Position numbers and translations under genes: made by a program. From Azolla caroliniana (lineage: Eukaryota > Plantae > Polypodiophyta): 64,000 nucleotides of DNA. Below the pieces are notes generated by a model, which did no database searches, was not told the DNA's origin, and saw only the letters and a program-made list of their open reading frames with translations. Where the stretch lies: contig JBHGNT010000003.1 in NCBI GenBank assembly GCA_043228905.1, positions 23,560,001-23,624,000 on the forward strand. Reading direction: 5' to 3'. Below are positions 23,670-38,547 of the stretch, in pieces. Numbering within the stretch: position 1 is the first letter of the stretch; every line of letters begins with the position of its first letter.

Positions 23670-26337
23670 GTATTAGCCAAATATCTGAGAATGTGGATTG
23701 GTGTAGATATCGACAAAAGAATACAGTTGCAACAAATTCAAGTAAAATTTGCGACAAAATCTGCATCTGGTCAAAGATGAATTTATTATTAGCTAGCAGG
23801 ATCATAGTAGCTAACCATGTGCTCTAGGCTAGCATGCAGTCTCAATGTGGATGTTTGACAGGCATGTTATTCGTATTGTTAAAGCGTGTATTAGGGGCTT
23901 TCTATGGGTTGGGAATAGGAAAGACAAACGCGGCAGCTAACTATCCTGGTCTACGTTGATTCTTCCCAAAAGTAAGGGGGGTTTGGGATTGATTGACCTT
24001 GAAGTATAGATTCAATCATTGCTATGTAAGGTATTGGTAAGGAGCTTGTTGGCCGGAAATGAGTTATGGAAAACACTGATTTTTAATAGAAGCATCCTTT
24101 GGAGTCCACGACGTGGTGGGCATTGGAAGCCACATAAATCATGGTTATTTTGTATGGACTTAAAGCTTAGGAAATTGAATCGGTTGGCTGATCGCCTATG
24201 TATGTCAATGATGAAGGCGTGGGGTATGCTCCGTGGACATCTTAGCCATATAGGTTCAAGTATTAATGCTAAATGGATGCACCAACCCCTATTGTGGAAC
24301 AAGACCTTAAAGTCGACCAAGGGAAAGATGCTTGGCCAGAGCAAGGGTATGTCGTGGGCTATATTGCATGGTGTTGGGATTCATTCAATGGCAAATTGGA
24401 TGTACTTGTCCCCTAGTAATCGGGATAAACTATATGAAGACGTGGGAAAGCTCAAAAATGGCAGGAAGATGCTTGACCTAGTCGATAAAGTTGTTTACTA
24501 TGTTCCTATTAGTAACGGGGAAGAGGGTGAATGCTGCCGGAAAAGTTATCAATGCCAAGGGTCTAGGAAAGAATGGGAAGATCATCTAGTTGGGATCAGT
24601 AGTTGCAGGTGCTTGTTGGTCCCCGATTAGAATTGTGGCACGAGACGGTAAGCAATGGAAGGTGAATCCAACAATCGATGAGGTTGAGGATGATTGGATC
24701 TTGTATGTAGTTGAAGGCAAGCCACTCGAGTGTTTAGAATGGGATCCTGCAGAATATACGTGGAGGGGTGAACAAGGTAAATCACGTGGTTTCTTTGACT
24801 ACTCAACTCGCTTGGGGAGACATTTATGCTTGCATCGTGAGAAGTGTGACAATAATGGACCCATGTAGTTGTCGACTTAGTCTTCGTGGATAAAACCAGG
24901 AGCAGGATATGGAACTCATCCCTCCCCTAGAGGGTCAAGGTGTTTTTTTGGTTAATGATCCATTGGGTTGTTCCAACATGAGAGTGGCTAGGGAAACGGG
25001 GTGGCATGAGTAATTGCAAGGCCTTTGGAGCGAGTTTGGAGGACATCGCACATTGTTTGTGGAGCTGCCTGCGAGACCAAGAAGTTTGGATGAGGAGCTT
25101 AAGAATTCTGGCTCAATGCGGTGTTGAAGTTCAGGTATCAAGTACAACAGTTGTTTGGTTAGCTACTGAATCGTCCACATGGTTTCATGGGTGGAATGGA
25201 AATAGTCCTTCTTTAAAGGTGGTGAATGGAATTGTACAACCTTTAGCTCAAGGAGGTTCATTCTACACATAGGAACGGTACATAGATCTTTGGTTTTTAG
25301 TGGCTAGCCTTACTATTTGGCAAGTGTGGGTATCTAGATGCAACGAGTTGTTTACCGAGAAGCGAACCCCAACAGTTGAGATTTTAATGATGATTTGGTT
25401 TAATTTATTTCTACGCAACAAGGAAAGTTTGACAACCTTCAGGGGCCCTCTTACGCAAGTGAAGAAGCTAGATACCGCTTCCTTCTAAAATGGAGGAGTT
25501 CTCCGATTCTACATGATGATGAGAGAGAGGAAAAAGATAGAGAAGAGTAGAGGAAGAGAAAAGAATACTTAAATACACTATTAGGAAAACAATATCATCT
25601 TCTTAGACTCTACAAATAACAACCCCAAATAACTCTACTCTAACCTCAATGACAATAATTGAAAATAGTCTTTTCTTTTTCACCCTTTCTTTTACTAAGC
25701 TTCTTTTCACTTCTTCTAGCCTTCTTATGCTTCCTCTCTTCTTCTTGTAGATATTCTCTCCCTCTTTTGTCTCCCCCAATTGCTAAGAATACCCTCATAT
25801 TTATAGGTTTTTAGTTGCATTATTCTTGCTTTTTTCACTTCTTTTCTTTTCTTTTCTTTTCTTTTCTTTCTACATATCCTCGAGTTTGTGTGATATGTTT
25901 TTCATATCATTATTTCTGGTTTGTCATCCAAATTTGTCATACAAGAAAGCTCTCTTTGTCAGCTTTCTTACAAATCTTTTCTTTTGAAATTTGGATATGA
26001 GATGAAGAAGTTATGAGCTTTTTTCTCTGCCTTGCTTTTTCTGCCTTTTTTATGCGTTTTTTTCTTTTTTCTTTTTTCCTGCTTTTTCTACTTTTGAAAA
26101 ATGCCTCTAACTTTATATCCCTTCAATTTCATTCATCTTTTAACTCTTGAACCGTTCATATTGTGCTTTATTCTTATACATCTTAGCATCCGATGTTTTT
26201 GCCACGGTCTTTTCTTATGAGCAAAAATTGACTTCACATTACAGATGGTGGATGGCAAGGCAAAGTGGATTTATCAGCCACCCCGGTGGTTGTTTCCTCC
26301 AAGGGTACCAAACATAGAGGTGGGTGTTTTCTTGTAG
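23670..26337 (+). mobile_element. Degenerate LINE ORF2 3' portion, interrupted by a solo LTR
   Basis: Post-RT LINE motifs (W.KMNL..ASRIIVANHVL, FLW....LSWSTLILPKSKGGLGLID), a zf-RVT remnant (EDIAHCLWSC...VW) and IWQVWVSRCNELF. After the insertion comes WIYQPPRWLFPP, the same terminal motif as the 4817 LINE. Many stops and frameshifts. Confidence 0.85.
25514..26238 (-). mobile_element. Solo LTR (725 bp) of an LTR retrotransposon
   Basis: TG...CA termini and a 5-bp TSD CTACA/TTACA (one mismatch). A TATA box CCTATAAATA lies on the minus strand near 25800. Excision restores the LINE frame (WRSSPILQMVDGKAKWIYQPP). Confidence 0.85.
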
Positions 26338-26827
26338 CCATGCAAATTGGCTTGTAGCATATGAGTTGTATATTATCCATTTTCTTAACTAATGGAAGTA
26401 GTTATGTTTTTTTGGGGGAAAAAATGTTTTCTATTGGATCAAATTATTAAAATCCACTTAAATTATAGAGAAGTATTTGAGAAAATTTTAGAAAACCCAA
26501 GCGCGTGACCCAAATAGTTCAAGCTATGTATAGATAGATAGATCTTTTTAACTTCCACAAAAGACCAATTATCATCTATGCAACATATCGTAGCCTATGG
26601 TGGGGATCAAACTTCAATTCCCCTATTTTTATGATTTTGATGTTAAAGTGCATAATCATTTGTATGAAACAAACTCTGAGGCAAAAGAAGACACGAGAAC
26701 TCACACTAATCACACTTCCAAGGTTAAGTTGTTGCCTTCCCTGTCCCACTCCTAGAGATATGAACATTCGAATGAAAACAATCCCCTAAGTTAAGTCGAC
26801 GCTTCATGACTCATTGTTAGAGATATA

Positions 26828-27832
26828 CACTAACCATTCGGTTAAGTACGCACTTTGAACGCAAGGAAGAAGTGCGTACTTAACCGAGCTGCGTACTTAA
26901 GGGTTTTCTGAAATTTTTTAGGGCTTTTTTGAAATTTGTAGGGTTTTCCGAAATTTTCTCTCTCTATGTTCTGATCACACAATTCTTGATAACAGAGGTG
27001 ATAAATTTATGTGATATAATTGACCTAAAACATTTCTTGTTTCAGCATACTCTTCTTGAATATCGTTTCTTTCTTGATTCCATATTACCGTTAGTTTTCT
27101 CATCTCTGCTAGGCTTAAGGAATACATATCTTATTCATTGGATTACCTTGGATGCGCTAATATTTTTTCCTACGTTTTCTTCCTAGTGGTTGCATGTTTA
27201 AGCAATTGTAGTACAAATGGAGGAAACGGGAATAGAGAGGAGAGGAATGACAGAGAAAGATTAGGCTGCAACTTCTACCATCTTTGAGAAAAAACGAGAT
27301 GCACAAAAAGTGAGCGAGGGAGGGAGGGAGGGAGGAAAAGAAAGAAAGAAAGAAAGAAAGAAAATTAAGGATGAATGAATCGAACAAGGCGGCCATGGGG
27401 GGTGGGGGGACATAATCAGATGATCGGGAAAAGGAAATGGATAATTAGGTTAGTAGAAAGTTTATTTTCTTTAACCAAGAATCAAAATCACTGACTCATA
27501 GACACACACATTGACACACGACACACAGACATACACATTGATGTTGCAACTAGAGACCACTTTTGAATTTGCATTCGTTTTTATGCTTTGCATTTCTCTC
27601 TTCGTTTTCAACAGACTCCATCCACCATCGTGTAACAAATTCTTTTAATTTTATTATTTTTAGAAACTCATTTTATTGTTTTTTGGTGTTAGGAACATAG
27701 TTCCAATTTGGTTTGATGTAATCTCATCATGAAACAGTGTAAATTTTTTGATCTGGATTTTGACCTCTATAGAATGCGCACTTAATAGAATGGTGTACTT
27801 AAGTGGGCACGTACTTAACCGAATGGTTACTG
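26828..27832. mobile_element. Non-autonomous Tc1/mariner (pogo-like) element, about 1 kb
   Basis: TIRs CACTAACCATTCGGTTAAGTACG / CGTACTTAACCGAATGGTTACTG (1 mismatch), flanked by TA on both sides. No transposase ORF. Confidence 0.85.
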
Positions 27833-28219
27833 TATAAGGTAAAAGGAGACATGAATATTCATACGGAACAAACCTCAAGGTTAAGTTCTTGTTCTACACC
27901 TAGAGAGATGAACATCGGGATTCGGGATGAAACAAAGACTGCCCAAGATTAAGTCCCCTCCTTTTCTATTGCGTTCCTGATTGGATTCAATTGTATGTGT
28001 GTGCATCTTCTTATCTTGTTTGCAATGTATGTGGCACGAATCGAAGATAGCTTGGCCCGGACATAATGATACCTACAACTTGTCGCCTTTCAAACCGTTT
28101 TGGGGGAAGGGGGGTGTAGGCATGTAAATACGCAAAACTACGTTGTAGGGGCATCCTTCAGAATTCTGGTTTCTGATCATCCTCTCACTTCTTCACAAAC
28201 AGGTTTGAGGGCCGAGGCT

Positions 28220-28688
28220 ATGGCGCTCCATAGCTCCTGGTGCTTCGCCGCGCCTCACCATCACCATCCCTTCTCTTTCCGTTCCTCCTCTCTGCTGGTA
28301 AGAAGGACTTGGTTCACCTCTCTGAAATATTCATCTTCTTCATCATCTTCGTTGTCACCTTCACCTTCATCTTCACCATCACCATTGATATCCATATCTT
28401 CTTTCTTCAAAATGGCTTCGCCCCGGCGTCCAAAGCTCCCCGAGATCATCGAAGCAGGAGACCCCGTCCTTCACGAGGCGGCTTCTCCTGTACCTGTTGA
28501 AGAGATTCAAAGCGAACGTATTCAGAAGATCATAGATGACATGATCTCTGTCATGAGAGGAGCTCCTGGTGTTGGTCTTGCAGCTCCTCAGATCGGAATC
28601 CCTCTTCAAGTAAGGTTTCATCAAAATTCTTTCTTTTTTCTTTTATGAATTTTCTTTTTCATTTTAAGTCTCTTGCAGCAGTGTCTCT

Positions 28689-28726
<38 letters not shown>

Positions 28727-30733
28727 ACACACACACACACACATGCTTACGTCTTTGGTGTTTGGAGCCATTTGAATCGTGGTAAGAAATAGAATTTTGA
28801 ATAGTTTTAGTTTGAATTTGAAGTAAGAAAATTTTGGAACATTTTGAATTGAGGTAAGAAAAGTTTGGAATGGTTTGAATTGAGGTAAGAAAAGTTTGGA
28901 CTGGTTTGAATTGAGGTAATAAATATGGAACATTTTATTGCAATAAGTCTTTTGGCACCATTGGCACTTGACTAAAGAATTTGGAACAGCTAGAAATTGC
29001 AGTACGAATGTGAACAATTGTAGTTTGTGGAGCACTTGGAACACTTTGACGGGTCTGTTCATAATTGCTCATAATTGTTGGTAAATTAAGCAAGATTCTT
29101 TTTTGAGTCTGAGAAACTATTTGAATTGTTTGTCCATAAGTTATTTGAATTGTTTGTGGTAAGCACTTGGAACAGTTTGACTGGCCTGTTCATAATTGTT
29201 GGTGTTGTCCTCAGTGCTCATGGGAATTCTTCGTAAACTAAGATTCTTTTAGGAGTCTGAGAAACTATTTGAATTGTTTGTGCATAAGTTACTTCATGTA
29301 TTTCAAGTTTTAGAAAAATGTGAATTGTTTGTTCATGAATCCTTTCACATACTAAGGCGTTGGAACAATTAAAATGATTTGTTCATGAATGAATAGTTAG
29401 GGCACCTAGTGCTAATGTTCATAAAAAATTTACCACATGTATGCATCCCTTACAAAATTATTAAGTTTGTGTTTTCCATCTATCTAGACATGTGACAAAT
29501 TCAATTCATTATTCACATCTCAAGGCACAGCGAATTCAATTTGAGACATCCGTTTTTACATGATTTTCAACAAGGATCCAATCTGTGATAGAATCAAGGA
29601 TGGTTTATTTATTTATTTCAGAAGTCTGTAGCTTACCACTCTGTTTGTTGCTAATGAAGATATAGATTGATTTCTGCAGATAATTGTCATGGAAGATACA
29701 AAAGAATATATCAGTTATGTGTCGAAAGAGGATGCAGATGCTCAACAACGCACACCTTTCGACCTCTTGGTGATTGAAATGTGAAATTTCATTAAGGAAT
29801 TGCAAAATGTCTGCATGGTTTTGAGGTTATTTTATTCTTCTGTTTTGGAGTGGTTCATGTATTTTCTCTTTGGTAAAAAACTTTACTGTCTTTTTTGTTT
29901 TCTTTTTTCCTTTTAAAACTGCTTTGACAGGTTATATGCAATCCTAAATTAAAGAGGAAGGGAAACAAAAGTGCAAGATTTTTTGAAGGATGTCTAAGGT
30001 TAGTTCAATTACTTATTTCAGTATCATTTTAAGTTTGGTTGAATCTGTGGTTAATTAGAAGGATGTGGCAGATTAATGTGCTATTGTGTGTATCAGCCCC
30101 ATATGATTAAATATGAAATTTGAACATCCAGGTTATGTTTTTTAAGGATGTATGTGAAACTTAAACATGTAGGTTGAAGTTTTGAGAATGAAACCATCTA
30201 GGTTTTGGTTAGTGGTTTTTGAGATGGGAGCAATTCTTGATTACCACTAATGGGAACCAATCCTCTATGAAGAGAAACAAAGACCACAAACAAGACTGGT
30301 AGTGGGAATTAATCTTCTTTGAAGAGAAACAAAATCTGCAAAAGAATTTGGTAGTGAAACCCTACAAATAACTATGAGGAAACTTGGATATTCTAATTTT
30401 TTGAGGAATGGTGATAATTATGATATAAGACATCTATTAGCATTAAGAAAGGTTGTATGCTTCACTCGATTTTGTAGTGTTAAAGGATATCGAGGACTAG
30501 TTGAAAGGTACCTAGAAGTGGAGGTTTCAGGGTTCGGACGGGATGGATCACCAATCAAGTTCGATGCATGTGGATGGAAAGCGCGAATATTACAGCATGA
30601 ATGCGATCATATTGAAGGTTTTATCTTTGTAGATAAGATGGTACCAAGGACTTTTAGGACCACTGCAAATTTACAGCTCGTATTGCCATCAGGGTGTCCA
30701 AAGATAGGCGTATATGAAGCTAGAACAAATTGA
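28220..30733 (+). CDS. PDF1A: Peptide deformylase 1A, organellar
   Basis: Exons 28220-28609, 29680-29769, 29931-29998 and 30478-30733 (267 aa), all with GT-AG introns. Ser-rich transit peptide and PDF motifs [15 protein letters not shown] and QHECDH. Confidence 0.95.
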
Positions 30734-33242
30734 TGACCGTATTTGACGATGGTACCAGAAGTTTATTTGTCACAAGCGAATATTAAGGTTTTATATTGAA
30801 GTGTAGCCACCCAATTCCTAGAAAACAGATGGTGAATTCATCTTAGTGGGATTCTCAACGATAACTATATCCTAACAATACAGATTTTTTTCACACACTT
30901 TTTCTGTATAATACTTTAAACCTCCACAAAGTTCAATTATGCTTTCATAGAGTATCCTATATGTTTACCTAAATGGCCTCCATTCATATTTAATCAAAAC
31001 TCTTTATGTCCCAAGTGTTATGTTCTTAAGCACAACTCGATTTTGGATTTTCTTCTTTGATGGGGACACAGCAATTGTAACAAATTTACTATGTTTCATC
31101 CTTGAACTGGATGGTTTATGATATTTGTTACCAATAACCACATGGTATAAACTTCCAAGGTTGGGGATTAAACCAAAACTGAAGACTAATATGGATTTGA
31201 TGGTTGAGAAGTTGTATAAATATGTACGTTATATAGCAAAGAAAGTATTTATATTATAGTTATAAAGGCAAAGGAAGTATTTATATTTTATTATGTTGTA
31301 TTTGGGAAATTTGGAAGCCTAATGAGATTATTAAGTGTGTTATATGAGGCCTTCCTCTTACTTATCATGAGAAATAACACTTGTTTGAGCTGAAAGTCAA
31401 GACTTATTGTAAGGTGAGGGAAAACCATTAGATTGGATTTGGCAAATGAACCCTCATGAAAGGCATATGAGTAAAACCTTTTTATTTAGAGATGCTCAAA
31501 GTGGAGGATGGATCGAAAAGCACAAACATTGAATGCATGTGAAACCATTAAAGAAATGATTCTCAATATTAGAAATACAATGGGGATTGGAAGTGATGGA
31601 GCATGTATTACAAGCCACTCCTACAAGTTATGGTTCTCAATACAATTAGAAATACAATAGGAATTGGAAGTGATGGAGCTAATATATCAAAATTACATAA
31701 TCCATTTATGACTTCATTGCATTGTTAAGGATAGCAACATTGAAGACTTCAGACTTCACATAAAGTAATAGCCTAAAATTTTGGAAACTTGATAATAAAT
31801 GTTTTATTTTGTCATGTGTATTGTGAAATGAACAACACCAGTACAATAAAGTTTACAAAGCATATTTACTTGTTATTATGCTGTTGTCATGATAGAAATT
31901 TAACAATGTAAAGACCTCCTTTGATCTCTCTTCCTAACCCTGACTAAATATTTTCAGCTCCACTGCATTTGCATTATTTCCTTGACACATTCGAGTCCTA
32001 ACTGTATTTCAACTCATGTCCAATCCAAAAAAACCAAATCAAAGACCATGGCTTGTAGGACAATATGAGGTCATTGTTACTCACACACTGGGAGTATTAA
32101 ATATTGAGTAGGTTTTACAAAGGTGACAAACACAATAACGCCCTGCTCTCATGTCACATACTAGACCACATCAGTCATACTTGGAGGCTTAATATGTTTG
32201 CCTTTGTACAAATACTCCTCAATCTCCGTCTTAACCTTCCCCAACCCATTATTGGCAGGTAGCTTCTTGGGCATTTGTTGGGCAACCAATTGCGTTATAC
32301 AAGCAATTGTCAATAAATTGGTTAATAAATTGGTTGCACATCACAGATAAGATCCACCAATTCCCCATTATCTTTTATTGGCTACACCACATACCCAGCC
32401 TGCCTCATCCACCTGTTTAACTCCACCTTTCAGAACTAGGTTTTGTCCAATAAGATCCTTTTGGTCTCCCCGTCATGGATTCTCCAATGTAGTTGTATTT
32501 TCCTCAATCGAGATCCACCATGCTTCTTTGAAGGTCTTTTTGTTTGTTGTGACCTTTTTCTCCATGTCATAAGTCTTTTGATTTCCACATTCTTCATTTG
32601 TACTGCATGACTGATTCTATGTGCCTCATCACTACAGGAACCATTTAAATTTGTATCAGTGTAGTGGTTCAATCTCAATCCCCACAATATTTTGTGCTTC
32701 AATATTCAATTCCAACAGACAAGTTGGTCAAGCCAAACATATAAGAATTCCCAACTAGGCTGGAACAGTTGTGTCATGAACATTTACATGTATATCTGCG
32801 AAAAACATTTACATGCATAACTACAATGAACATTTAAACGTACATTTAACTTGCATCATTTTACAAATGATATGAATTCATTTCATCAATAGGAATTGGT
32901 TTATGAAATACCTCATTATGTAATCCTTTATATATAGCACCATTGTGTAGATCTAAATGTTGGACGTCCATACAACAATGAAATGCATGCCGACATTTCT
33001 GTAACTATTATATATCTGTCAACAATTTCTTACAAGTCGGCTTGGGCAATGAAACCAATGAGTTAGTGTCATAACAAAAGAAACCTTTAACAGCATATAA
33101 ATGAATTCATAAAAAGAACTTTAAATCAACCGAGTGAAGGACTTTCTTATAGTTATATGTAGAAGGCACAATTTTTCATGGGGCTGTCCAGATAGATGAT
33201 ACATAGGAGAATCATTGAACATATGACTGAACAATAAAAAAA

Positions 33243-36200
33243 TCAATCACTTGAATCATCATCATATGTCGCACATAATGATGCTAGACCAGTGACAGCA
33301 CTAGAACTAACTGGAATGGCATCACTACTAGTGACTTTAGTGTTAGTTTCTGGTTCTGGCACATGGTCTTTCTTGGGTTTCACATTGAATGCTATATTTT
33401 TCGGTCTCACAGAGAACAAAGGCTTCTTTTCATTTGTCGCTTTTCCAGACCCTACATCCTCTGTCACTACACACAAACAATGAAATATATTATAAGATAT
33501 AAATTAGAGTACATTTCCATCCTGAGACTATGAATATATACCTAGAGAGCTTGTAGCTGAAGACGGGTGTATGTGATCGGTCAATTCAAAAAGACTTGGC
33601 TTAGATCTCTGAAAAAACAATATATAGCAACAAATGTTGGTAAAAATAGCAATAATTACTTTAATGTAATAAATGGAAAAACAATTTACCTTTGATGGGA
33701 TGCTTTCCTCATCGTCATACTCATCGTCGTCGTCGTCATCGTCATCATCATCCAATCTACGGGTAAATTTGTCTGAGCTCTGGGACAATGATGGAAACTA
33801 ATTAGATCTGTTTCATTAGCGTGGACATTTTACGGCATAACCATGTCTATTATTTACCTGAAATACAACTGATCTAATGACAGCTTCATCTTCCTCTGCA
33901 AGTTCCCTCTCCTGGAAGCATTCATCATATCGATTATATAATACATAATAAGTAAGAGCAGATATGAATGGTAGAAGTATTTAATAGTATGATTCATGAA
34001 TTGAAATCATCACATTAGTGCAGAGAAAATCCTCTGTTATGAGCTTTTGGAACAGAGATGAGTCTGAAGCAATGATGCAATATACAATGCAGATATTTTT
34101 ATTTTCGAAGATGAATTAGCAACACGTTTTGTTTAAAGGAATTCCCTTTTGTATAAAACGTTTATGAATACAATCTTATAGCAGAATAATCTAGAAAATC
34201 TTCTTAAGATGAGAAACAACAAACTCAAAATAATTACATGAATCAGATTCACGAGTCATGACACAGGCTATATAATGTATACGTGCAAATTGCTTATGCT
34301 AATTTTGTGATCAAATCTAAATTGCACTTTATTTACTCAAATCTAGATTAGATTCCAAGGATTCTTGGCATGGTTATATAAGATATAAATAAATATCTTC
34401 ATGTCCCATCTCCTACAATGTTATTGTTTTCAACAATTAACACCCCCCAGTAAATAAATTTGCATTGTATATGCATGTAATGCAACAACATACCTTTATG
34501 TCTGCAGTTCGTTTTAATGCTTCCAACATTTCTTCTGTTCCCACGCCTGCATGCCTTGCCTACAAAGTGTCACCAAGTTAGACATACGAGCATCATGAAT
34601 TGCATAAGAACCTCCAAGACCCAAAAAGGAGGAAAAGATTACCCGCATCGACTTCATTTCATCAAGTGCAGCAAGAATATCCATTTCTCTTTTCGAGTCC
34701 AACGTTCGGTTTTCAAGTGCTTTCATAGCATCCCCCATTTCTTCAGCATTTCTCTTCTTTTTGGCATCGTCAATTATCTGCAGTTTGTAGGGGAACATTG
34801 ATAACTTGCATTGAAAACAATGAAGTCTATAAAAAATGATCAATAAAGATAAAGGAAATACCTCATCTGTTGAACGCCAAGGCTCAAAATTTCTTGTTGC
34901 ACCCGCCTCAACAGTATAATCACTATTCTGAGGATCTGTTTTCATTGTTATTTCTGCCGAGCATTTTGTGCACTTGAAATAGAACCGAAAGATTTGAATG
35001 CCTAGGTACGTCTGAAGATAGACAAAGATAATAGTTAGGCATTCTGACGATCTCTCATCATATTAGGATTATATAACGGTAGACCATGTTTTTATTAGCC
35101 CATGAACCTGGGTTCAAATCCTACTAATCTATACTAGCTGAACTTTGTGTTGTAGGGGTTGAACCTGTGACTTCTGATAGACATCCTTAACAAGTGATCA
35201 ACATCCGTCTCATCGAGAGAGAGTAAAGAAATCAGGGCTTATATTGGTGTTGCAAAATTCCATCCAAATTTCTGTTTGGCTTAAGATTGGCTGTATAAGT
35301 AATATATACAATAGCCCAAGCTTCTCAATTAGGATGCCTACAGTCATGTGTTATCTCTCTCCCCAAGATCATATATGGCCTTTGAGGATGATAATAACAT
35401 CTCTCCTTCCCTCCCTCATGAACCATGCAGTCATATTGACTCCAAGTCTACCCAACAACACATGGACACAAAGAGAATGTCAACTATTCACAATGTCACC
35501 ACATTTATACGGAGCAGAAGCTCAATTCCTCAAGAGATCATCCAAATTGATTTGTTAGGCAGTGAGCTTTATTACCTGGATCTGAACCATGCCATAAATA
35601 TAAGACATACCAAGGATCATGGTATGCACATGTGATGAAGCGCTTCATAAACAGAGGCTAATAATTAGAACTCCTGTCCTCTCACTAGCAAAGACTGATT
35701 CTTACCATTTAAGTTATCTTTTACTAACTTGCTCTTTTTTTCTTGGAGACACTTGACTAGATTTTCAAACTACCATTAAACATAACTTTAACATATTTTC
35801 TCCCTTCACACACTACATACCAAGACCAGAGGTACTAGTGTATCCCTTCTCATTTGACCCACAATTCTGATTTAAATCTATGATTTTTAGCCATTCTCCA
35901 AGCCCATCATTAGACTTTTGTGGTTGGGTAGTAGTGGAAGCTACACTTTGTATTCTCTAAGGGTTCTTGTGAACCCCAGAAACCAAACCATTTCATGAAT
36001 CTATTTGCAGACAAGTCCTCGAACAAAAGAGAGTAACTGTACACAAGGGCTCTGCACAATGGAACTTTTATTAGTATTTAACTTCTTTTTTAAATGATGG
36101 CTCAATGTAATTGCGTCACCATGATGGGAGCAGTTCAGACAAGACTACGGACTACAGAGAGGAACACGAAATGACCCATGAAGACTTTAACACGACACAA

Positions 36201-38091
36201 AATGGATTGTTCCACGGTATGTCAGAGAACCTCGACTGACTATGCCTATCAAGTACCCACTGGCACGCCATGATCATGCATAGAAGTCATAGGAGGTCCC
36301 TAGGAATCTGCTGGTATGCACACAACCCAAGCCAACACCTGCCCATCTCCATGCATGGCAGTGAGTTATTCGTCACTTACAGCATGATAGGTCTGCCAAA
36401 CACATAAATGAGCACCTCATCTATGGAGACAATGCTACAGTTTCAATTGATTGCTCTTAGAACTAGGCTACAATAATTGCTTCCCAGAGAAGCAAACTAA
36501 ACAGACTATTGGAATTCTAATGATTCCATATATATGGGGAAATACAATATTATCATGCTTGGTCATACCATAGCACTGGCCAAACTATATACAGCAGTAG
36601 TTTAGGTGGAGCTGAGGTTACAGGCAGAGAGAGGCACTGAGAGTCTGTAGTAATGATTCCATACATATGGGGAAATACAATATTATCATGCTTGGTCATA
36701 CCATAGCACTGGCTAAACTAAATACAGCATTAGTTTAGGTGGAGCTGAGGTTAGAGGCAGAGATAGGAACTGAGAGTCCCTAGTCAGGTGGGTTTTAGAA
36801 GAGCACTTTCAAAAATCGATCACATAGCTTCATTCATGGGGTAAGAGCACAGAAAAAGAGGCTACAATCAGACAGGAGCACCTGCAGGGATTGAACCATT
36901 TTTTATAGCAGGCTTCCCAGAGAAGCAGATTAAAAGACTATTGTAATTCTAATGATTCCATACATATGGGGAAATACAATATTATCATGCTTGGTCATAC
37001 CATAGCACTGGCCAAACTAAATACAGCAGTAGTTTAGGTGGAGCTGAGGTTAGAGGCAGAGAGAGGGACTGAGAGTCCCTAGTCAAGTGGGTTTTAGAAG
37101 AGCACTTTCAAAAATCGATCACGTAGCTTCATTCATGGGGTAAGAGCACAGAAAAAGAGGCTACGATTAGACACGAGAGGCTATTCTAGCACCTGCAGGG
37201 ATTGTACCATTTTTTATAGCAGGCAGACATACATCTTTGTTGGTATTGTTGTCTTATAGGCTTATTTTGGACTACACGGATAATAAAAATTTGACAACAG
37301 CAACCAAGCACATGGACTTTACCAGCACAAGGTAATGGGGATCATTGTTCATCATGTCTGAGCTGGCCAAGGACACACATATGTCATTACCCAACTCCAC
37401 CACAACACAACACCAATCAGAACTGGATGTCAAGATCCATCATCATTACTCATCCCATACATAGTGTTTACATGCTTCATGCTCGTAAAACCCTCACAAA
37501 TAATTAGCAATTCTAAAATAGCAAAATGCATTAAGATCATCGGCTTGGATCTTAGGAAACTTAAACCTTTCTTTTTCACCAGTATAAACTGAAATGAAGT
37601 TACCCATATTGCAATCATGATTTGCGTCATAGGCAAACATCTGCCTCTAGTAGAGATTGACGCATCTTTCTTTCACTATCTCTAACTGATTTTTGGTTTG
37701 GTGGTATACACAGTAGCATCAAAAGTCATAAAATTGAGAGGACCCAAGTTGGATCCCTCCATGGATTTGGCCACAGCCTGCAGATGATAGCTTGAATGAC
37801 AATCACGCATGGATGAGAATAACAAACACACACACACACACACACACACACAGATCCATATATATAATAAAATTAAGTCTAAAAATTTCCTACCTCACCA
37901 ATGACGTCCTCTTTGCGAGAGTTGAATTTGGTGCCCTTGTAGATGTAATTCCCGCATGTGCCACAACGTATGCTCATGGGAAGCATCATTCGCACCTTGA
38001 TTTGCTGGTTCTTTGGTTGACGACGCCGAGGGATCTTTGAAGGATCAAAATCAGGAGGGTAGTATTTGTTCAAAACCTTCCGTTCTCCCAT
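33243..38091 (-). CDS. YJU2: Splicing factor YJU2 / CCDC94 (Cwc16) homolog
   Basis: Exons 38091-37894, 35011-34862, 34777-34643, 34559-34494, 33911-33858, 33779-33690, 33608-33542 and 33466-33243 (about 327 aa). Diagnostic N-terminus [17 protein letters not shown]...[17 protein letters not shown], then [14 protein letters not shown] and KTDPQNSDY. Confidence 0.95.
36479..37224. repeat. Tandem repeat (about 300-bp unit, about 2.5 copies) in YJU2 intron 1
   Basis: The block TAATGATTCCATA.ATATGGGGAAATACAATATTATCATGCTTGGTCATACC...GCTGAGGTT recurs at about 36518, 36651 and 36950. Confidence 0.9.
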
Positions 38092-38543
38092 TGCTTCTTT
38101 CTTCTCCGCCTACCTTCTTTCCTCTGGTTCTGCTTCTTCCTTCTTATGCTTCTTCTCTTTTTCTGATTCAACCTTTCTTCTGCTTTCTTCTTTACTTTCA
38201 GCTCCTCCTGGTTCTTAATTCCACTTCCTTTTCTGCTCTTTCTTCCTGCTTCTCCTTCCACTTCGCTTCTCTTCCTGCTTCCGCTAATTTCTTGAAGACT
38301 CGTTTCTCAGGGTAAAAAAAGAGGAACCAGATGTCTCTTTCTTCTATCGTTAGGTTTCGCTCTCTCTCTCTCTCTCTCCATCAAACCCTAGAAGCACAGA
38401 CGGAGTGAGGGGGGGGGGGGAGGGGGGCAAAAACAGAGTTTTGTCACCTCTGTTCCTCTACACACGAGATATACACATATACGTATACACATACATATAC
38501 ATACATGTATGTATGTATGTATATATACGTTTGTGTGTACATG

Positions 38544-38547
<4 letters not shown>

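Noticed and set aside
35095-35175. tRNA-like GGGTTCAAATCC motif
   Set aside because: No cloverleaf or acceptor stem; at most a SINE remnant.
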